This document shows, in pieces, positions 26,945 through 39,980 of a stretch of 64,000 bases of DNA (position 1 is the stretch's first letter; every line of letters starts with the position of its first letter). The stretch covers positions 94,180,001 to 94,244,000 of the forward strand of contig NC_087472.1 of the NCBI RefSeq assembly GCF_036321535.1, in the 5' to 3' direction. Position numbers and translations under genes: made by a program. This DNA comes from Camelus dromedarius. Taxonomy: Eukaryota. Below the pieces are notes generated by a model that was given only the letters and a program-made list of their open reading frames with translations, made no database searches and was not told where the DNA came from.

Positions 26945-28533
26945 GTGGCTTATTAGATTAAAAAATAATAAGACCTACTGATATGCTGCCTAGAAGAGAC
27001 TCACTTCAGAGCTAAAGATGCACACAGACTTAACGTGAGGTGCTAGAAAAAAGATACTCCATTTAAATGGAAACAAAAAGAAGGCCTTTAGCAAGACTCA
27101 TTAAGAAAAAAGGACCCAAATAAGATAGGACATGAAAGAGGAGAAATTACATCCAATATCACAGAAGAGAAAAGAATCATAAGAGAATATTATAAAAAAT
27201 TATACACCAACAAATTGGACAGCCTAGAAGAAATGGAAATACTCCTAGAAACATACAGTCTTCCAAGACTGAATCAGGAAGAAATAGATAATCTGAACAC
27301 ACTTGAGTACTGGTATTGAAATTGAATCAGTCAAAAACTCCTAACAAACAAATGTCCAGGGCCAGATGACTTTGCAAACATAGAAGAAGTTAATGCCTAT
27401 CCTTCTCAAACTATTCCAAAAAACTGAAGAGGAGGAAATACTCCCAAATTCACTCTACAAGACCACCATTATCCTGATATTCAAACCAGAAAAATGTACT
27501 ACAGAAAAGAAAATTATAAGTCATTATCTCTGGTGAATATAGATGCGAAAATCCTCAACAAAATAGTAGCAAATTGAATTCAACAACATATAAAAAGAAT
27601 CATGCATCATGCTCAAGTGGGATTTATTCCAGGGATGCAAGGCGGTTTCATATCTAACAATCGATCAGTGTGATACACCACATTAACAAAATGAAAGATA
27701 AAGAACATGAGATCATTTCAATAGATGCAGAAGAAGCATTTGACAAAATTGAGCACCCATTCATGGTATAAATTCTCGACTAAGTATAGAGGCAGTGTAT
27801 CTCAACATAAAAAGGCCATTTATGACGAACCAATCCACAACTAACATCTTACTCAACGGTGAAAAGCTGAAAGCTTTTCCTCTAAAATCAGTAACAAGAC
27901 AAGGATGCCCACTCTCACCACTTGTATTTTACATAGTTTTTGAAGTCCTGGCTATGGAATCAGACAGGAAAAAGAAATAACAGCCATTCCAGTTGGAAGG
28001 TAAAAAGTAAAACTGTCATTATTTGAGGATGACATCATGCTATATACAGAAAACCCTAATGTTTCCACCAAAAAACTGATAAATGAATGAAGTAAAATTT
28101 TGGAATACAGAATTAATATACAAAAATCTGTTGCTTATCTATACATTAAGAAAGCAAGAAAACCATCCCATTTACAATCATATCAAGAAATTTAACCAAG
28201 GAGGGGGGTGAAAGACCTATGCTGTAAAAACTATAAGACATTAATGAAGGAAATTGAAGACAAAACAAGGAAATGGAAAGATATCCTTTGTTCATGGATT
28301 GGAAGAATTAATATTTTTAAAATGCCTATGCTATCCAAAGCAGTGTAAGATTTAATGCAATCCCTGTCAAAATACCTATGACATTTTTCACAGAACTAGA
28401 ACAAATAATCCTAAAACTTATCTGGAACCACAAAAGACCCCAAGCAATCTTGATTGAAAAAAGAGCAAAGTTGGTGGTATCATGTTCCCTGACTTCAGGC
28501 TATACTACAGAGCTACAGTAATCAAAACAGTAT
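26945..28533 (+). mobile_element. LINE-1 ORF2 (EN start plus RT), internally deleted and frameshifted
   Basis: EN motif CCLEETH (tgctgcctagaagagactcac) and RT motifs (AFPLKSVTRQGCPLSPL; ttatttgaggatgacat = LFEDD); many stops. Confidence 0.95.
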
Positions 28534-28559
28534 TTCCTTTTAGTTCTGTCACTTCTTGG

Positions 28560-28920
28560 TTTGTCAATTGAGGCTATATTATTTATTATCCAAATATAAG
28601 GTTAGGATGTTTATATCTTCCTTTTGGATTCAGCCCCTTATTGTATTGAAGTAAGCCTTTTTTCCCCCCTAGTCATAACTTTTTTCCTTTATATCTGCTT
28701 TGCCTCATGTAAGAATAACAACACTGACTTTCTTTGGGTAACTGCTGCGTTGTATATTTTCCCCCTTTTCTGTAGGACACACAGTTTGCTTTTAAGATTA
28801 TATGTTTCTGACAATTTTTAACTTTTAAGATGGAGATTTTTGTCTGTTTATACTTAATTTAATATCTGATATGTGGATTTGAATCTTCCATATTATCATT
28901 TCTTCTATTTGTTCTTCAGA
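28560..28920 (-). mobile_element. Old L1 ORF2 (EN region) remnant
   Basis: Degenerate reverse L1 text (tttatatcttccttttggattcagccccttatt, actgactttctttgggtaactg). Confidence 0.55.
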
Positions 28921-29274
28921 ATAATAACATAGGATATGCTGAGTAGAAAACAAGAAAAACAACAGAAACCACAATAACAAACAGCAATAACAACAAAAAC
29001 AAAAAAAATGTGCACTATGTTATCCTAGGGAGAAAAAAATTTATAGAATTACAACATTAAACTTGAAAACTTTGGCATACTATCATAAAATGTGAGCAAA
29101 AAGCCTTGAATTTGTGAAATTATTTGAAGAACCATTAGACAAATGTGTTAGTCAAAAATTGTGTCATTTTTTAATAGCAGCTGGGATCTACATAAATCCA
29201 TGTAATTATTTATAAGCTTGCTTAATTTAAATAGATTTGATTCCAACCCTGAATAGCGAAATCAATCCTGAGAG

Positions 29275-29393
29275 AGCTGGATGTATCATGCCTGACTTCA
29301 AACTATATTACACAGTTATAGTAATCAAAACAGTAAGGTACTGGTACAAAAACAGACACATAGATCAATAGATCAGAATAGAAAGCCCAGAAA
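29275..29393 (+). mobile_element. Short internal L1 ORF2 fragment
   Basis: cctgacttcaaactatattac...gtaatcaaaacagtaaggtactggtacaaaaacagacacatagatcaat (PDFKLYY...[15 protein letters not shown]). Confidence 0.88.
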
Positions 29394-30559
29394 GAATGTG
29401 TGATATAAAGATTTTTGAAGTACATTTCAAGTAGGGCAAGTAAATTAAGTTGAAATTGAGGTGGCAGTTATATTCTGAAACTTAAAAGTCAAACTTTGAT
29501 CTTTTTTAAAATGCTGAAGTGACTCATCAAAATGATACCGTTTTAGGTAACTAGTAATTTATTGTCATTATAGAAGCAAATAGCTTGTTAAGTGATACAT
29601 TCTGAAATTTGATTGGATTTCAAAATAGTTTCAATACTTGTATCTCAACAGCAGGGTTAAAGTACAACACATCATTCTGCTTTAATTGCATCCCCCAAAG
29701 AAACACCGTATGCAATCTCACTAAGATACTGATCCAATACTGGAATGTCAAATGCGTGATACTGAATAGTCCATTACTTCTTTCAGGTTCTCTAAATAAA
29801 GGTTTAAACAACTCTAATTGACAGGGAAATAATTTACCAATATTGTGGCCAGTAAATCATTTTAAGAAAACAGGAATTCCCAAATCTCATTGTTTCCATT
29901 GGATTTCCTGTTGCCTTGTCACCTTTCTCTTGGCATTGGCTCCTATAATACAGCCTTAGTAAATCCAGTAAGAATAGTCAGAAGCTAAAAGTTAGATTTT
30001 TTTTTTCTTACAAAAAAAGGATTAAATTTTAAGTACATCAGGTGTTTAATGGCAAATTAGTTTATCATCATTTGACTTAGTCTCTATGTTGCTACAATGA
30101 CGCATGACTGAATTCATTTGAAAAATATTCATTATTACAAACATAGTGGGCTAAGTATTTGAGATATGGCACCTCATTTAACGTCCTTTTTTTCCTGATT
30201 CAAACCAAAGACATGCTAATAGATGGTAGAGCCAAGATTCACATCTACATCTACTTCTCTCAAAATTACATTCTGTGGCCACAGGCTGTCTTTAAAATAC
30301 CATCTGAGGACAGGGTTTGGGGTGAAGATAAATAATGATAACTAGGCAAATGGATATATTAATATAGATCCATGGCTAGATAAATTGATAGAAAGACTTG
30401 TTAATATGGGTGAATATTTAAACTTTATTGACAGTTTGTATAATTTTAAAGCATATCAAGCAGGCAAATTTTGTGATAACACAGTAATTTCACTTTCATC
30501 ATCTCTAAAGTCATAAATATAGCATATTTACCACAAAGGCATTGAATATTACCATAGCC

Positions 30560-30780
30560 AGGGGGTAAACCATAGTCAGACGGATCTGAGTTCAAATCTA
30601 AGCTCTGCTACTACTGGCTCTGTGGCCTTGGCAAGTACCATAACCCATATAAATTTCAGTTTCCTCAATTGTAAAGTGGGTATTTAGAATATATTGTTGT
30701 CAAAATATACTTGTGACACTGGTGTACCACCCAATATGGAAGATGAACTTAGGCCAAATGCCTGCAGTAGATAAAAATCA
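30560..30780 (+). mobile_element. MIR SINE
   Basis: agtcagacggatctgagttcaaatctaagctctgctactactggctctgtggccttggcaagt...tcagtttcctcaattgtaaagtggg. Confidence 0.82.
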
Positions 30781-30881
30781 GAATAATCTGAAAGTTTTTC
30801 CTAATTCTTTGATATGGAATAGTTCTAGACTTCCCTATGTTTTAATCAGTTGGATTCAGCTATTAAATAGAGCAGTTATCA

Positions 30882-31110
30882 TTCTGTTGATTCTTATTTT
30901 GTAATTGGCTTTATTCCTTTGATAACTATGTAAGTTTAAAAAGCTAAAGCTCTAATCTGTTCTCAGAAACAATAATCAGTACTTATATGTAAACTAAAAA
31001 AAAGTGCAGTCTACTGTATATATGTATTTACATGCAATATAATGTGTGTGTGCCGTCGAACTGTAATAATTCTAATAAAACTGAAAAAGGAAAAAAAATG
31101 TTTCCTTAAA
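30882..31110 (+). mobile_element. Polyadenylated retroposed insert of unknown source
   Basis: Perfect 17-bp TSD aaatagagcagttatca (30865-30881 and 31111-31127), AATAAA at 31074-31079, A-rich tail. Confidence 0.8.
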
Positions 31111-33599
31111 AAATAGAGCAGTTATCAACTGGGTAATTGCATTAATGGGTTGAACATAACAGCTTAGTGACTGCATTATTTCTGGTACTGCAGTAAAAGG
31201 TCATTTTAACTGAAATTTTTTTCACTTTCAGAGAAATTTTTTTTAAACCTAACTTCCCATGAGTGGACCAAAACTGAAGTAATCTATATTTATTACTCCT
31301 ATCTATATATCATTACAACCCTGGTGCCTAGAACAGTGTCTGGCAAGTTGTCAGTATTAAAAACAAGAAGTATGTTCATTGAAGTGAATGTGTAAATAAT
31401 AAAATTACAAAGTGATTACTTTAAAAGAAATACTTTAAATAGTTCTGTGCCACAGCAGCTCTGTGTGAGTTGTGTAGACAGCCGTAATAAACCTCTGGAG
31501 TTTAGAGACATTAGCATTCATTAGTGACTTTGAAATTATGTGTGCAGTAATAGAAATAAAAATGAAGCATAGGATGAAAATATCATATACTTGTAACACC
31601 TTTATGAAAACTTGTGTAAATAAAGAACGTATTTAAGTTAAAGGCACACAGAGTCCCATGAATAAAAATTAAAAAGGCAGTTTTTCTAATTCTGAGGTAG
31701 ATTACACTTCAATTGATGTTTTATTTGTTGTATGTTGCACTGTTAATGGAACACAGAATTATGAAATTTTACAGAAGACATAGCTGAAATTAAGCGGTAT
31801 ATTCTTGGGAATCTAGGTTGAATTACCTTATAATTTGCTCCTCAACTGTAGAACACACTTTCTCTTTCAACTTTACAAATCTTTTAGCCTTAAATTACCA
31901 CAATTAAATCATCAAGGGATAAATTTTGCCAATTGGCCAAAGTAAGGAGCCAACATCTTTGGTGTAGTGGTGGTGGTTATTGTTCTGTTGTTTATTTCAA
32001 TTCCTTTCCTAATGAGCAGGATTTGCGTAGAGACTGTGAGAAAACAAAGTTGATCATTTGTATTGCCGATCAATGGATGGTTTTGCATATGGTGGTTTTG
32101 GGCATCTAGATAAATACTCTCAGTGATAAAGTTACAGACTTGCTTTATTAACATGAGAAGTACAGATATGGACCATGAGTGATCAAGAAAGTTCTAGCAG
32201 GTAACTACTATGTACATTATTTCTTATGATGCCACACACTCTGTTTTCTCTCTTCAAGAGAAGCGTTCTCCTTATGCTTTCCTCTTACTTTTTCTGCGAA
32301 CTAGAACAAGTGAGAGATTTTGTAAGCCCTGGCCATGGTTGACAGACAATGTTATATAAGCATTTTTTCTTGCTAATAATACTTTACAATGTATTTCTTT
32401 GTACATATGTAGAGTTTATTTTAGTTATCAATTATAAGCTACACTTTGGTAAAACCACTGTCCTATATGTAAATTATTTGGACAAATGTTCAAATTATTT
32501 AAAAAATGAACAAGTTTCAACTACTTCAGAATGAAAAATACAAACTTACTGCATGATCATATATGATAACTATTTAATAAGTAATTTTAGCAAGTAAGAA
32601 ACAGAAATAAAGGTAAGTTATGAAGGTAAAGGAAATATGTATCTCTCTATACACATACATATCTAATCTCACAATCCTTGGAACAATTTCTTGCATATAG
32701 ACAATATAAATATTTTATACCCACATATACCCATATACATGTTTGTTTAACATTATGTAGGAAAAAATCTTCCCCTCCTCAAATTTTCCTAAAATTTTAA
32801 AATATTATTTATGCTTAAAATTGAGATATATATCCACTTTGAGTTTAACCTATAATAAGTATTTTTACCTTCCCCATTTTATTATTAGTGTACACATTTG
32901 GTACTCATAAAATAGTCAATGATAAAACTATGAACGTATTTCTTATATCACAAACAATGCAGAATACCAATTTTTAGATGTAAGTTGTGTTTGTAGTTGA
33001 AATTACTATGGATTCAAAAAACTAAGAATTTCCCTACAGCTGACAGAAAAAAAACTTTAGAATTTCTACCAATCAGAAGAGCCACACAGCACTGTAATGA
33101 CCACACAATTATTTTTTACTCTTCTAAAGCACAAAAATCTCTTACATATTAGAGTTAAAAAAAGATGTGAAACAAAATACATAAAAAGAATGCTATCCAA
33201 TCACAGAGAAAAAAATAGAAGTTATAACAGCATAATAAACATCCATAGTACTTAACCTGATTGTGTGTTATGTAGTAGCTAATGGTGTTGCAAGTGAATG
33301 TCAAACATATTATTTGAAAGATCTATCAGGGTTTCCATGATTGCAAAAGTAGAGTGGTTTAAGAAATTAGTTTTGATTACATACTAAAGGCAAACTTTGA
33401 CTTCTGTTAATATCAACAAAGATTAAATATTTCTTCATAAACAAGGTCAAAGTCAAAGTAGCTTTGAAAACAACACCATAGTTACTTCATCATTTCATTT
33501 GTTACAAATGGAATCATTGTTTACGTAGAAGACTTCTAAAAACATTTAACATTTTGGATTTCCCAGAGTCTGTTAACCCCTCCAACATAACTGAAATTC

Positions 33600-34044
33600 A
33601 ATGGGAATATTACAATATATCCCTTCTGGTTACTTCTAGTCACTAGTATTCGGTAGCATCCCTTAGTGGTTGTCCTTCATGCTCCCTGTTTCTGACTTTG
33701 TGTCTTGAGATTGGTACACAAGGCACATTGTAAATAACAGATGATGTGTGTAGATGTTGCAGTGGAATTTAAGACAGCAACAAGGCAGTGAGCTGTGAGG
33801 TTTTGAGGGCTGGAGAATTCAGCATCCCAGTGGAGTGGTGCAGAGAAGATGTTAAGGGCAGCTTCAGTAGTGAGCATCAGCAGTATTACTGGGATGACGT
33901 TGGCTGTATCTTGTGTCCCTCAGTTCCTGAGGTCTTTCAGGGAGGTCTTTGAACTATCCAGTTTTATTCCAATAAATTCTTTTACTGCTTAATATAACCA
34001 GAGTAGGTCTCTATTGTTTGCAAACAAGAATCCTGACTAATACT
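33600..34044 (+). mobile_element. ERVL solo LTR (LTR33/LTR41-like)
   Basis: 3' end ttccaataaattcttttactgcttaatataaccagagtaggtctctattgtttgcaaacaagaatcctgactaatac is typical of this group. 5' boundary uncertain. Confidence 0.7.
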
Positions 34045-35623
34045 GCTTTTTTCTTTCTGAGGTACTTATTTCTTCCATCATGTAAATATTAAACTGCTCT
34101 TTGATATAAATTTGCCAAAGCTAAAGTTTAAGCATGTAAAGGCTAACCAGGGTGTTTTGACCCTATCCAGGCATTACTGAAGAAATGAAAGAGCCTGTGC
34201 ATCTTGTGGAATAAAATTTAATGGCCAAAAATTTTGTATTTTTTCCACACCTAAATGGAAATATTAGTACTAAGTTCAGGGGGGAAAACGGGACAGGAGT
34301 AGTGGAATTGTGGGAAAACAACAAAATTCTGATATAATAGTAATGTGTATAAAATTTACCACACATAACCTAAAACCATCTTGACCCTTAATCACTCACC
34401 CAAAAGACGTTGTGAGGTAAATAAGAAAACAAGAAACTCTGCTTTCTGAGCCTGTATGTTAGAAATATTTTTGTGAGAAATCAATCTCTTTTAGGGCTGT
34501 AATTGAGCTATAACAGTATAGAGTGCAAACGGTCCAATTTAAATTGGTCTTAACTAACATATTTTCCTGCATTTGTCCTACACTGAGTTGCAGTTCACAA
34601 TATCCAGATATTTGGGGTCAGGACAATAGATGAATGAATGAAGAAATAAATACCTTAACAAATACTGTTTTGCAATATGAAAAAAGTGTTAGTACAGATA
34701 AACCAATCTAATCTGTTGTTAACATTTTTAACTAGAATCTAGTCTCCTGATAAATACGCTCTATACCCCAAGGAGTCGTTAATAAAGTTTAATGGAAGTG
34801 TGTCTCATCCATAGCTGATTCCAGGCTTTGTTGCTCAGCAACCACCTGCCAGATCACATTTCCAAGCAGTAATGTAACTGACTCCCTGGAGAGTACTTCA
34901 AACAAATGGGAGTTTTCAGCCACTTAATTCAATGCCCTTTACACAGGGATTGCTTTAGAGACCATGAGATTTGGGATTTAAAATGCCCAGGACTCCTGTT
35001 AACTCTAGAGTTTCCATAGAATGCTGGTTGCAGGTAAGTGCCTAAAAGTCTGAAAGAAAGACAGGCATGACTGAAAGCTGCCCTGGCAGGTGCTTAATTT
35101 CTGAACGGCCAGGAAGGGAATTAAATAGCCAGTGGAGAATCTACTGACACAAGGAGACAGAAAACAGTCTTGGATTATCATTATTATCATTTACCTGAAT
35201 ATAAGGAGAAAGACATTGAGAGGAACATACAGATGGAGAGGAAGTTAGAAATTCTGGAGCATATAGTGGTTATGGAAGTTAATGAAGGATGGATTTTAAG
35301 AAGGTATGATCATCAGGGCCCAGTATATCCAAGAAGCCAAAGTGAGTGAGATAAAGCCATGGGATTTGAGGTACAGCTGCTGATGAGGCCAAAATAAATT
35401 GGCTTTATCAGTTGATTGTTTTCCTTTTCAGCACTTTATTTACATTTTAGGTGGTTCATTGGTAGTTTACCTTTAACAAATTTCTAGTCGGTTACTCACT
35501 GTCTCTGTCTATGGTCCAAATAAAAGATAGTACAGCCAAGGAGATGGAGGAGTGGGCCATGACAGTCATTTCTTCCTTATTAGCATCAGAACAGAATGGA
35601 AGAACTAAATCCTAAGGTCTAGT

Positions 35624-35780
35624 GGGGGAGAGTATAGCTCAAGTGGTAGAGCACATGCTTAGCATGCATGACGTCCTGGGTTCGATCCCCAGTACTTCCT
35701 CTAAAAATAAATAAATAAATATATGGACCTAATTACCTCCCCCCACCAAAAAAATAAAATAAAATCTTAAAAAAAAAAAA
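35624..35780 (+). mobile_element. tRNA-Ala-derived camelid SINE (Vic-1 type)
   Basis: gggggagagtatagctcaagtggtagagcacatgcttagcatgcatgacgtcctgggttcgatccccagtac...cctaattacctccccc plus A tail; flanking direct repeat gtctag. Confidence 0.93.
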
Positions 35781-36499
35781 GTCTAGCATACAGTCTCCAA
35801 GCATAGCAACCATAAAAGTAGCCTTTGTCAAGAATATAGGATGGAGATTCAAAGGGACAAAGGGAAAGATAAGCGGAAACTAGAAATCAAGAAAACAAAA
35901 AGGAAAATTTTGGAGATAATTTTGGGAACTCTGAGATTCCTCCAGACTTATATGTATAAGGAAGACCATTTCACTGACCACAGCTTGAAACCTTAATAAA
36001 GAGTATGAGCTGGGCCAGAGAGTGAACTGGAATCCACCAGCTCCTTCTAAGGCATCTGAGACCATAATTCCCATTCATCTCTCTCTCTCTCTCTCTCTTT
36101 TTCTTTCTCTGTCTCTATGTCTGTCTGTCTTTCTATACACACACACACACACATATATGCAAATGCATTAAATTCTACATAACACTAAATTATTACTAAC
36201 TATCTCTATTCCTAATGCATAAGATCCTTCCTGGCAGAAAAATAAATGTCTTACACAATGTATTTAGTGCTTAGCAGAGTGAATTGCTAAATCATATGGT
36301 TTATTGTTGAAATTCAAAAATGCATACAAACTGAAATATATTTACTCAAAATTAAGCTGTCTCAAGGAAAATCTAGAGATATCACTAGACATCTATCTCT
36401 GAGTCCCATATCCATCCTGCAGACATTTTAAACTGCCTATTCAATATTCAGTTGTCCTCTTGTACTAATTGCAGTAATTCTCTTTGGGATAGAAATGTG

Positions 36500-36940
36500 T
36501 GGGCTATTAATGCCTCTAGTTATAAATACTCCCCTCCTCACAGGGCCTTTGCAGCTAGGGTGGCTACGTGAACCAAGTTCTAGTCAATGAGATATGAGGA
36601 GAAATTAAGTGTGTTGGGCTTTCAAGGAATCTCTAGTTTTTTTAATGAAAGGGGGCAGATTCAAAATCCCTGAAACTTGCTTTTCCTGTGCCCTTTTTTG
36701 TCTTCCTACTTTGCACAAAGTCTTGCTGCTTGGTAATGGAGCTGCCATCTTGCAACCATGACTTAAAAGGTCATGTTATAATCATAATGGAAAATGAAGC
36801 TAGAAAAACATTGTAGGCTTGATATCTTTTATAAACAACTACATCGTCCCTGAAGTCCATTCCTCCAGGCTTCTTGTTGCCTGAGAAAAAAAGATCTCTG
36901 TTTGAGACAGAGGTCCCTGAGAGCTGATTTCATTAACCAT
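36500..36940 (+). mobile_element. MLT1 (K/L-like) MaLR solo LTR
   Basis: ctttgcagctagggtggctacgtgaaccaagttctagtcaatgagatatgagga...gagctgccatcttgcaaccatga. Confidence 0.75.
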
Positions 36941-39784
36941 AGTTATAAGTTATATCTGTGTCCATACATTTAAATTTATAGACAAAACAGTTTAGTATAT
37001 AGATCTACACATTTATATTGGCTTTCCATGCAACATTATTTAAGTATAGCAGCAGAAGAGACCACCATGACTAATGTTTTATATATAATTGGGCAATGAT
37101 ATTCTCTGAGAAAATGTTATTGGATGTTAAAGTTGAGATTTTTTAAATCCAAAACTGTCAATGTAGGAGGAGTAACAACTGTAGGAAATTCATGAGAGGA
37201 AACAAAACAACACTATGCCGTATTTCTTCAAATTAAAATTCATCAATGCGAAAGGACAAGGTAAATTTTGTTAAATGCTTTCATTTAATCCACACGAGAA
37301 AGAACTGTGATTAAGGACATGTTGAAATCTTGAATGTTAAACTTAGGATTTATGAACCTATGAAAATCAGAGAGCAAATAATTATATTCTAGCCAGTGGC
37401 CCACCTTTTCAAGAAGCACTTTTTGTGAAAAATTATTCCGTGAAGGATTTGTTAAACATCATCTAACATAACATAAATATTGATTCTTGGGTCTAATAAA
37501 TAGTAGAGGTGAGATGAAATGTCAGATGTCTGAGGCAGGCAGATCTCATAAAACACTGGCAACATGTGGCCATTTATCACCTTTTATTTTGTTTTATGTG
37601 CCTGTTTGTTTTTCACGATATGTGAAAAGTGGCAGAGGGGAAAAAAGTATTAAAGGGCATTTTTGTTTTGGGAGATTAAGGGTTGGATCCCATGCTTTTG
37701 TGGAAAGTATGCATTGCATGAATATATTTGAGAACCAGAAATATCATACATTTGGGACCACGTTAAGAAAGACAAGATTTAGGTTGGTGAAAGAGCAACA
37801 AATTTGATTCTTTCTACATCAGATTAGGAAAATGTACTCTTGGTGACTAGCAACAAGCGATTGAGTACTTTTTTGTTGAAACTGGGACAAATAAAACCAT
37901 CAGGCCTATAGAACAGACACCACGTTTGCCCAGTTTATTTCAGATACATTTTCTCATTTATAAATAGTAAGAAATTGAAAGGTTTTCTGAATACGAATGA
38001 GAGATTATCTTTCTTCTGTCAGCCTTTTGTTAGTCCCCACTCTATCTACTGCATCATCTCGAAGAGTCACTGGACTGATAAAGTGTTGTGAATAACAGTT
38101 TATTTTGTTTTTGAATTACCCTCAAGTCCTCTCTAGGATTATGACATGTTGTTTCTTCTGCTCTTCAGTTCTATCTAATTATGATTTTTTAGATAACAGT
38201 ATCCACTCTCAAATTTCCATCCACTTATATGTAGGCATTACTTTCAAAGACAGGTCCGTGGCCAATGTTTGCCTAGGCACTTATCAATGCTTCAGACAGC
38301 CATGAGGGGAAAACTTGAGAGTCTTGAATCGTTTAATGAAACCACCTCGTTTCTGATTATATGTTTCCTTATGTTGTCTCCGATAATACCCATTGAGAAA
38401 GCTATTTACTGAGAAAGTAGGTACAGAGCAACCCTTGTAGACTGCAAGACTCACAGTGGCTTGATGCTTATGAACAGAGACAAACACCCCATGGATTTCT
38501 GCTGTGATTTTCCCCCCTGCAGTAAATAAAGGAAGCCACACAGTCTTAACGTTCTATTGAAAGTGATGAATGGTTAACTTTAAACTCTGCCTGGGGTGAA
38601 ATGATCTCAGGCTTTAGTGAATTTCTGGTTCCTCTCTGGAAAGCTTTCTATGAGTTTCCAGTGTGTTCCTTCACCCATGAGGTACACCCAAGCAAGGCTT
38701 TCTTGCAATTAGAGGACATAACCTGAGAGTAGCTGTGGCCTCGTTGTCAGATGTTACTCTGTATTTTTCTATCAATTTGGCTTCCCACTTTCAAGTCTTA
38801 GTGGTAGGAATCTGGAGGAAACAAACTCTGTAAAGTGTAGCCAAGAACAAATTGAAAAGGTGTGTGAAGTAAACTATATCTGAAATGGATTTAACTCTCT
38901 TCTACTCATTAATGGTTCTAGGAGTAGACAGCAACTTTTTTCCATTTTCCAGGTGACCAAAATAAAGTGTAGAGTTACTACTTGACCTGCTGCTTAATTT
39001 CTAAAAATATTGGTGGTGACAGCAATCTAGTTTATGGAGCAATAAACTAACCATGTTTCCTAAGTAATGACTAACTTTTTTATTACATGTCACTGCTCCC
39101 CTTTTAAAAAAATTTTTGGTCACAAACTGATGAACTTTTTTTCTACATTATAATTAGTAATGCATTAACAAAAAATGTTGTGAGGAGACATTTTATCAAC
39201 TCCATCTGCCTTTATTTTTCTACTGCCCTCCAGCCCACTGACATCCCCATTCTGGGTATTAGTGTAAATGCTCTGAATGCTCTCAGTGACCTTTCTTCTT
39301 CTGATTCTCTATAATAGAAACATATGCAGCAGTGGACATTCAATCAATTGGTGGTTTGTGGAGAGGAGGATATTGACCTTGTAACTTACACATTTTTCAT
39401 GTTATCTTCTGAGACAACTGGGCAACAAAAAGGATGCAGGAAACAGTTATGAAGTTGAACCCCGAAGTGCCTGTATTCTAGGGGAAAGTATTTAAAAACA
39501 TGTCAGGAACAGAAGTATAATAACTCACGCCATAGGGTTGTCACCCTGAATATTTTAGTTGCTTATAATGGTGTTCTGTCTGTCTCTCTGAATCTATCTG
39601 TCTGTCTGTCTGTCTATATATATGATTGGGAGAATAATGTATATAAATGATTGAATCTATATGTCTGTGTATAGATGTATCATTTTGATAAAGGAAGACA
39701 ATTATACAAACTTGTCTACTTGTATTGGACTCAAATAGTCAAACAGAATAAGAGAGGGCTGACAACAACTCTCTCTGGTCAGAG

Positions 39785-39980
39785 GCTCATGGTTTGAATA
39801 GAAAAGCAGCTCTTGGAGACGAGGTCAGAGCAACACAGATTTGAATCTTGCCTCTCAAGTACAAGCTGTGTGATCTCAGTTACTTACCTGAAACAATGGA
39901 ATCTTGTCACCAACTCTTTTGATCATTGAAAAGGGTACGTAAAATATTTAGTAGAATACTTGATGCGTGATCTGAAAATG
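39785..39980 (+). mobile_element. MIR remnant
   Basis: gatttgaatcttgcctctc...agctgtgtgatctcagttacttacctg. Confidence 0.55.
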
